Shown: piece by piece, positions 26,141 through 32,000 of the stretch
Numbering within the stretch: the stretch's first letter is position 1
How the letters are laid out: each line of letters begins with the position of its first letter
Assembly: GCF_021378375.1 (NCBI RefSeq)
Contig: NZ_CP076228.1
Location: 660,001 to 692,000 of the forward strand
Length of the DNA stretch: 32,000 bases
Direction: 5' to 3'
DNA from: Wolbachia endosymbiont of Drosophila innubila
Lineage (GTDB): Bacteria; Pseudomonadota; Alphaproteobacteria; Rickettsiales; Anaplasmataceae
Translations under genes and position numbers: made by a program
The notes under the pieces: model-generated
Told to the model about the DNA's origin: nothing
The model's input: only the letters and a program-made list of their open reading frames with translations
Database searches by the model: none

Positions 26141-26199
26141 CTTTACCCCGTACTAAAATTTCAGATATTATAGCCTTTTACTTGTTTCCGGACAACCTC

Positions 26200-27124
26200 T
26201 CAACCACTCTGGTTTAATTATACCACTTGAAAGCGGCAGAGGGTTTTGTTGATATTGAGCAGCAAAAGCGTAACTCCCAAGTTCAGCTTTTATTATCTCA
26301 ACTTCTTCTTTTCCTCCATCGAGGGGATATAACAACTGACCTTCTTCTCTTGAATATAATATCCTTACAGGTGACGCTGGTTTATTATATAATCGCCTGG
26401 TCGCACAGTGCTGAGCTACTCGGATGACAGGAACGGGAGGCATTGGCTTTTGATTGAATAAATAACCTGCTTATTTTCAGAAATCATTGGCAAACAAATA
26501 TGATGCCATATGTTTTTTGGCTTGGAGAGAAGGTGTCCAGTTAAGTCCTCCTGGTGTAGCCTGTGCATTACAAGAACGATGACTCCTTTTTTTCTATCGT
26601 TCAGCCTGGTTACTAAAGTCTGATCAAACCAGTTTGTGGCACGCTTTCTAAGCGTTTCACTCAAAGCTTGAGCAGAACTGAGCGGATCGTCCACAATGAT
26701 AAAATCACCACCTTCACCAGTTAGTGTTCCACCAACTGATGTTGCGATTCTGTATCCTCTCTGCACTGTTTGAAATTTATATTTGGTATTCTGGTCTTTG
26801 GATAGTTCTATCTCTGGAAATAGCGCTCTATACCAACTAGACTGCATCACGCACCTGGTGTCGAGCGAGTGCTTTTCGCTGAGCCGCTGAGAATAACTTG
26901 CAACTATTATTCTCGCAGTTGCCCAGTATCCATGCGGGCCACGCAACGCTTATGCACATGGACTTCATCGAGCGCGGAGGCATATTGAATATTATTCGTT
27001 TCACTTCACCAGCGCTCGCTGCTTCCAGCCTGTCTGCTATGACTTTTATATACTGATAATCGTTATACTCACACCCCGGCACTACCGTTTGAAAGCACAG
27101 TTCAATGAATTTTAGAAAGTTCAT
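26200..27124 (-). pseudogene. Phage WO-like terminase large subunit, N-terminal part, frameshifted
   Basis: Starts MNFLKFIELCFQTV at 27124; RIIFNMPPRSMKSMCISVAWPAWILG (Walker-A-like), IIVASYSQRLSEKHS, GGDFIIVDDPLSS (Walker B), VMHRLHQEDLTGHLL, FAAQYQQNPLPLSSGIIKPEW. Confidence 0.87.
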
Positions 27125-27198
27125 GATATAATGTTGAAACCAACGCGTGACGCTGGGATGACAAAAAAAGGAGCACTGGAATGACACCTTACTTAACC

Positions 27199-27349
27199 GT
27201 CATACCGCGATTCATTCGCGGTATCTCAAAGCATAGATCCCGCTAACACGTAGCGGGATACTTAACCATCATCTACACCGTCATACCGCGATTCATTCGC
27301 GGTATCTCAGCCGCTAACAAGAGATCCCGCTAACAAGCAGCGGGATGAC
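27199..27349. repeat. Two or three palindromic repeat units upstream of the terminase remnant
   Basis: gtcataccgcgattcattcgcggtatctcaaagcatagatcccgctaacacgtagcgggata and gtcataccgcgattcattcgcggtatctcagccgctaacaagagatcccgctaacaagcagcgggatgac. Confidence 0.88.
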
Positions 27350-27863
27350 GATTGTCGTTTAGCTGCAAACGTTAAGAAATTTACCAAATGAAAAAAAAGG
27401 CAAAAGAAGCCCTGGGGTTATTATCCGCTTTAAAATATTGGCGTTTTTTATGTTTTAAACGCTTGACAAGCAAGATTAAGCTGCTTTTAATTGCAACTAA
27501 CTTACGCTGCAAATGTTTAAGAAATTTACTAAGCAGAAAAAAAGACAAAGAATCCCCGAGTTAGCTAGTCTTTTACTATCTCTGTCGAGTATTGGCATTT
27601 TTTGATGTCTTGTAACGCTTTATAAGCGCGTTCAGCTTATTTAGATAAAAATCTAGATGTAGATGAAGTTTTGTAAAGACATACAGTATCTATACACTGC
27701 AAAAAATTGAACATAAGACGCCGATACATTAAGTAATCCTTACCTTTTAATCTGCAGATTGGCGAAAGCAAATACAATAGCTTCACTATCATGATAAGGG
27801 CGCTGGCGAAGGGTGTTAAGTAAGTTTTTTCGTTTCTATTCCCAATAAAAGTTTGTTATATGG

Positions 27864-29438
27864 TTATGCAAGAAGTTTAATACTCATAGTTTCAAGCATA
27901 TACTGAAATATTTCATTAGCTATAGCAACATCTTGGCGTGGGGCTTTGCCGTGTTCTATAAACACAGAGATTGCATAGCGCGGGTTATGGTAAGGGCCAT
28001 AGGCGATAAATAACTTATGACTTTCGCCCTTAGAGTTTATTTCTGGTGTACCGGTTTTGCCAGCAATTTGTATACCGCTTAGCCCTTTCTTATAGGTTCC
28101 AGTTTTAGAATTCACCACGTCAAACATAGCTTTTCGAACTATGCTAAGATGCTCACAATCCACATCAATATCGGGAAAATCTTGTATCGTTTCATTCATC
28201 TTAATGCGGGGAATTACCTCTTTTCCTGTTGCAATCCTCGCTGCAAGAACTGCAAGCTGTAGTGGTGTTGTAAGCATATACCCTTGTCCTATAACTAAGT
28301 TGATAGTGTCACCTAAATACCACTGCGAATATAGCTTTCGTGTACGCCAATCTCTATCTGGCAACAACCCTGGAGCTTCTTCTTTAAACGTTCCAATCAG
28401 TGGCCCACTTCCAATACCAAATTTTCTGGCCATTTCTACTAGAGAGTCTACACTTATTTTTTTCCCTATATTATAAAAGTAAGTGTTGCATGATAATGCC
28501 ATTGCCTCATTTAAAGATACATACCCATGGACTTTGCTTTTCAGACAACGAAATTTCCGCTCACCTATTTTCATATAGCCCTTGCACGAGAATTTCTCTT
28601 CTGGTGTTATTATCCCGTCTTTTAAACCCGCAAGCGCAACTATTACTTTAAATATTGAACCAGGTGGAATTTGATATGATAACGCACGATTCACGAGCGG
28701 CAATGAAGGAGCATTCAAGCTCTCCCAAGTCTCATTTGATAGCCTGCTAGCAAAAAGATTATTATCGTAAGAAGGTGAATTATATAATGCTAAAATTTCT
28801 CCATTATTTACATCAATTACCACTGCGGAGCCTTGGTGATCTTTAAATACCTCTGCGGTTTTCTCTTGCAGATTAATATCAATTGTCAGTTGTACATCTT
28901 GTCCGTCTTGTTGTGGTATGCTTGATAATTCTTTTATGACGCGTTTTTTAGAATTTATTTCCTGCTCAGATTTTCCTGACTTGCCTTTCAATATATGATC
29001 ATATGTATATTCAATACCGCTGATTCCTACTTCGCTTATGCCTTGCTGTCTTTTTGTATATCCGATTACATGAGAACACATTGAACCAAACGGGTAATAA
29101 CGTTTATAAAGAGCAGTTATTTTTTCTGACGATTTTGCTATTTTAGACTCGACTTCTGATAATGTCTGCAAATCAACTTCCTTACCAGAACCATCAAACA
29201 AAACAACATACGAAATTTTGTTTACCGCAAGTTCAATGCTATTCCTATCTAAAATTTTGCCCCGCTTAGGCATAATAGTAGCAACTCTTATTCTATTACT
29301 ATTAGATAGTGCTTCGTACTTTTGTCTGTTTCGTATTTGTAAATTATATAACCTGCAACTAAAAACCGCAGAAATGGTAAGCTGAATACCACCTAATATG
29401 AATGCTCTGCGGTTAAAGACTTTGTTTTTTGTCCACAT
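27864..29438 (-). CDS. mrdA: Penicillin-binding protein 2 (peptidoglycan transpeptidase)
   Basis: RGKILDRNSIELAVN, PPGSIFKV (SxxK), ALSCNTYFYNIG (SxN), IAGKTGTPE (KTG), NLVIGQGYMLTTPLQLA. Confidence 0.93.
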   Translation of the reverse strand: MWTKNKVFNRRAFILGGIQLTISAVFSCRLYNLQIRNRQKYEALSNSNRIRVATIMPKRGKILDRNSIELAVNKISYVVLFDGSGKEVDLQTLSEVESKIAKSSEKITALYKRYYPFGSMCSHVIGYTKRQQGISEVGISGIEYTYDHILKGKSGKSEQEINSKKRVIKELSSIPQQDGQDVQLTIDINLQEKTAEVFKDHQGSAVVIDVNNGEILALYNSPSYDNNLFASRLSNETWESLNAPSLPLVNRALSYQIPPGSIFKVIVALAGLKDGIITPEEKFSCKGYMKIGERKFRCLKSKVHGYVSLNEAMALSCNTYFYNIGKKISVDSLVEMARKFGIGSGPLIGTFKEEAPGLLPDRDWRTRKLYSQWYLGDTINLVIGQGYMLTTPLQLAVLAARIATGKEVIPRIKMNETIQDFPDIDVDCEHLSIVRKAMFDVVNSKTGTYKKGLSGIQIAGKTGTPEINSKGESHKLFIAYGPYHNPRYAISVFIEHGKAPRQDVAIANEIFQYMLETMSIKLLA

Positions 29439-30232
29439 AACATTCCTTCAAAACACACTTTTTTCCCCTCTTTTATTGTTACACTTCTGGCTTTTACCGT
29501 ATTACAAACCCTTTTTTCCCACTCACTTAAGGTCACAAACTTATAACCTGATTTTTTTAGTATTTTAATAATATGAGGTAAAGCTTCAATTGTGTTTGAC
29601 CTGTTATTGTGATCATGAAACAGTATAACTGCTCCATTATGTACATTACTTAAAACTCTTTCAACTAAAGTTTCTGGCTTATCACCTTGCCAATCTAGCG
29701 AATCAACTGTCCATAATATTGAATACATATTTAATTGATCAGTATTTTCAATCAGATTATCGTCATAACATCCATATGGCGGACGAAACCATTTTACATC
29801 TTGTTTTATTGCATTTTTAATTGCTGTATTTGTCTTTTCCAATTCTTGCAATTGTTCCTCACTTGAAAGTGATGTCAACTTCCTATGCGACCAAGAGTGA
29901 TTGCCTAACTCATGACCTGATTCATGAATTTTCTTTACTATTTTAGACGTTTTTTCATTTATACGTTCACCAAGCACAAAAAATGTTGCTTTTGCTTCAT
30001 AGCTTTCCAGAACATTAATAATATCGTTTACTCTATTGTTAGACGGTCCATCATCAAACGTAAGCGCAACAAACTTATCGTCGTTATTCAATAATTTTTT
30101 TATATTACTTAAATTTCTATATGATAGATCTAGATTACAACTGAGCCCACAGTATGGTAAATTAAAATTACAATCACTACAAAAAGCCGTACTTGAATAT
30201 AGTAAGAAAAAAGTGATTATCCTTATAAACAT
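29393..30232 (-). CDS. Secreted polysaccharide deacetylase (NodB homology)
   Basis: Signal-like MFIRIITFFLLYSSTAFC, VALTFDDGPSNNRV, ATFFVLGERI, HELGNHSWSHRKLT, WFRPPYGCYD, GAVILFHDHN. Confidence 0.92.
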   Translation of the reverse strand: MFIRIITFFLLYSSTAFCSDCNFNLPYCGLSCNLDLSYRNLSNIKKLLNNDDKFVALTFDDGPSNNRVNDIINVLESYEAKATFFVLGERINEKTSKIVKKIHESGHELGNHSWSHRKLTSLSSEEQLQELEKTNTAIKNAIKQDVKWFRPPYGCYDDNLIENTDQLNMYSILWTVDSLDWQGDKPETLVERVLSNVHNGAVILFHDHNNRSNTIEALPHIIKILKKSGYKFVTLSEWEKRVCNTVKARSVTIKEGKKVCFEGMLCGQKTKSLTAEHSY

Positions 30233-30354
30233 TTGTAATCAGCAAAGTGATAGAATACTACACTTTTTTGCTAAGTTAAGCCATCTTTAATTGCTGTAGC
30301 CTTTACTTCATCGCTTCTTTAATATATTGTATTAATAATTTTATATAATATATT

Positions 30355-31863
30355 ATGATTGCAAATATAAATACCGTTGCGCTTCAGGGAATTAGCACAG
30401 TAAATGTCAATGCACAAATTCATATGGCAAATGGTATTCCAGCTTTTAATATTGTTGGATTGCCAGATAAAACTGTTGCGGAATCCAAAGAACGCATCAG
30501 AGCAGCGTTAAATTCAATCAATCTACTACTACCTCCAAAAAGAATTACAGTTAATCTCTCCCCTGCGGATTTACTGAAAGAAGGTAGTCATTATGACTTG
30601 GCTATTGCTATTGGACTACTTGTTGTAATGAATGTGATACCAGTTGAAAAAGTTCAGTCTTATATCATTATGGGTGAGCTTGCCCTTGATGGCAGAGTTA
30701 TTCCAGTTTCAGGAGTGCTGCCAACAGCGATCAATGCAAAACAGGCAAATAAAGGAGTAATTTGCCCAAGGGGAAATGGAGTAGAGGCTTCATGGGTAAA
30801 GAATGTTTCAATTCTAGCTATAGAGAAATTAACTGATATTATCAGACACTTTAAGGGTGAGCAATTAATTCAGCCAGTAATTTTTAAATATAGTGATGCA
30901 CCCAAAGAAAAAAGATTGGTTCCCGATATGAAGGATATTAAAGGCCAAGTTGTTGCAAAAAGAGCAGCTGAAATTGCAGCAGCAGGTGGGCATAATATGC
31001 TTCTTGTTGGCCCTCCTGGTACTGGAAAATCAATGCTTGCTAAGCGCTTTATAGGATTGCTGCCTGATTTAACCGAACAGGAGATGATTGATGTTAATAT
31101 TATTTCCAGCATAACAAAAACTGGTAATGAAATATTCAAAGTAACTCGCCCCTTTCGTGAACCTCATCACTCATGTTCCATGCCAGCAATGATAGGAGGA
31201 GGAAAGAATGCAAAACCCGGAGAAATTACCATGGCTCACAATGGCGTGTTATTTCTTGATGAGCTACCTGAATTTCCAAGACTCGTGCTTGATTCTCTGC
31301 GCCAACCACTTGAAGATAGAAAAGTTACCGTTGCAAGGGCAAATGCTCACATAACCTACCCTGCCAATTTTCAACTGATAGCTGCAATGAACCCTTGCAG
31401 GTGCGGTTATTTAGGTGATGCAAGCAGATCGTGCAACAAAGCTCCAAAGTGTGGCACAGATTACAAAAACAAAATATCAGGCCCATTGCTTGATAGAATA
31501 GACATATGCATTGAAATGCCAAACGTTAGCATACTCTCTCCTGAAATCTCTGTGGAGGGAGAAAGTACTAAAATTATAAGAGAAAGAGTGATAGCAGCAA
31601 GAAAAGCTCAAACTGAGCGCTATAGTGAATTAAATATTCGTTGCAATTCAGAAGTAAGCGGTGAAGCATTTAATAAATTTACTGAACCAGATCAGGCAGG
31701 GTTAGAATTGCTAAAATACGTACTGAAAGAAAATTACATTTCCAATCGAGGCTACACACGCGTATTAAAAGTTGCAAGAACTATTGCAGATCTTGCAAAA
31801 AGTGAAGAAGTAAAAAGAGCACACATTGCTGAAGCGCTCAATTACAGAATAAAGGTATATTAA
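30355..31863 (+). CDS. comM: YifB/ComM-family Mg-chelatase-like AAA ATPase
   Basis: NGIPAFNIVGLPDKTVAESKERIRAAL, ITVNLSPADLLKEGSHYDLAIAIGLLV, LLVGPPGTGKSMLAKR, FREPHHSCSMPAMIGGG, GVLFLDELPEF, AAMNPCRCG, GPLLDRIDICIE. Confidence 0.95.
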   Translation: MIANINTVALQGISTVNVNAQIHMANGIPAFNIVGLPDKTVAESKERIRAALNSINLLLPPKRITVNLSPADLLKEGSHYDLAIAIGLLVVMNVIPVEKVQSYIIMGELALDGRVIPVSGVLPTAINAKQANKGVICPRGNGVEASWVKNVSILAIEKLTDIIRHFKGEQLIQPVIFKYSDAPKEKRLVPDMKDIKGQVVAKRAAEIAAAGGHNMLLVGPPGTGKSMLAKRFIGLLPDLTEQEMIDVNIISSITKTGNEIFKVTRPFREPHHSCSMPAMIGGGKNAKPGEITMAHNGVLFLDELPEFPRLVLDSLRQPLEDRKVTVARANAHITYPANFQLIAAMNPCRCGYLGDASRSCNKAPKCGTDYKNKISGPLLDRIDICIEMPNVSILSPEISVEGESTKIIRERVIAARKAQTERYSELNIRCNSEVSGEAFNKFTEPDQAGLELLKYVLKENYISNRGYTRVLKVARTIADLAKSEEVKRAHIAEALNYRIKVY

Positions 31864-31946
31864 AAAATCAGTTTACTTGACAGGCAATTTTTTTTACTAT
31901 ATGCTTCCTTAATGAAATTTTAACATTCTATTGAAGGAGTAGAGTT

Positions 31947-32000
31947 ATGGCATTAACAAGTTATAAGTATGGAAAAGAGGATAGCATTTTTCATGCTATT
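31947..32000 (+). CDS. Start of an unidentified ORF, runs off the right edge
   Basis: GAAGGAGTAGAGTTATGG: Shine-Dalgarno-like sequence followed by MALTSYKYGKEDSIFHAI. Confidence 0.45.
   Translation, partial: MALTSYKYGKEDSIFHAI

Larger units (their letters stand above)
25285..26199 (-). mobile_element. IS5-family insertion sequence (ISWpi1-like), copy 2, 915 bp, decayed
   Basis: Same terminal inverted repeats as copy 1. Target duplication TCA at 25282-25284 and 26200-26202. Removing the IS and one TCA restores PEWLKRYKKFPD across the terminase junction. Confidence 0.95.

Overview
This 32 kb window is AT-rich and looks like a Wolbachia-type (Anaplasmataceae) chromosome. I infer this from gene content and repeats; no database search was run. 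It holds two degraded phage WO-like modules. The first (1-2672) is a capsid module with a major capsid protein start, a gpD-like head decoration protein and the C-terminal part of an S49 peptidase. The second (24764-27124) is a large terminase gene split by an insertion sequence. The rest is a mosaic of housekeeping genes: phosphomannomutase-like, tsaD, NifS/IscS-like, alpha/beta hydrolase, lolD, an A-type Fe-S carrier, dgt-like, ribD, rpe, dapD, a MidA/NDUFAF7-like methyltransferase, mrdA (PBP2), a polysaccharide deacetylase and a comM/yifB-like gene. Mobile elements include two decayed copies of one IS5-family element (ISWpi1-like, 914 and 915 bp, TNA target duplications), two IS110-family transposase genes, one IS66-family pseudo-element and the 3' half of a group II intron. 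The intron remnant has a foldable domain V and domain VI and a readable 3' exon junction inside an Rpn-like nuclease pseudogene. The best leads are: (1) the group II intron remnant with an exact 34-nt domain V, a bulged branch-point A and an inferred 3' splice site; (2) a palindromic repeat inserted in frame inside the MidA-like gene, belonging to a family scattered through the intergenic regions; (3) a structured noncoding region upstream of the first IS110 transposase that could be its bridge/guide RNA; (4) an uncharacterised HExxH protein with a toxin-metalloprotease-like second motif, flanked by repeats; (5) an unlisted 54-aa lipoprotein ORF, possibly VirB7-like; (6) an Asp/Glu-rich insertion in an IscA-like protein; (7) a 725-aa Ser-rich/acidic/coiled-coil protein that could be an effector; (8) frameshifts concentrated in homopolymers of mobile genes. 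No tRNA, rRNA or CRISPR array was recognised.
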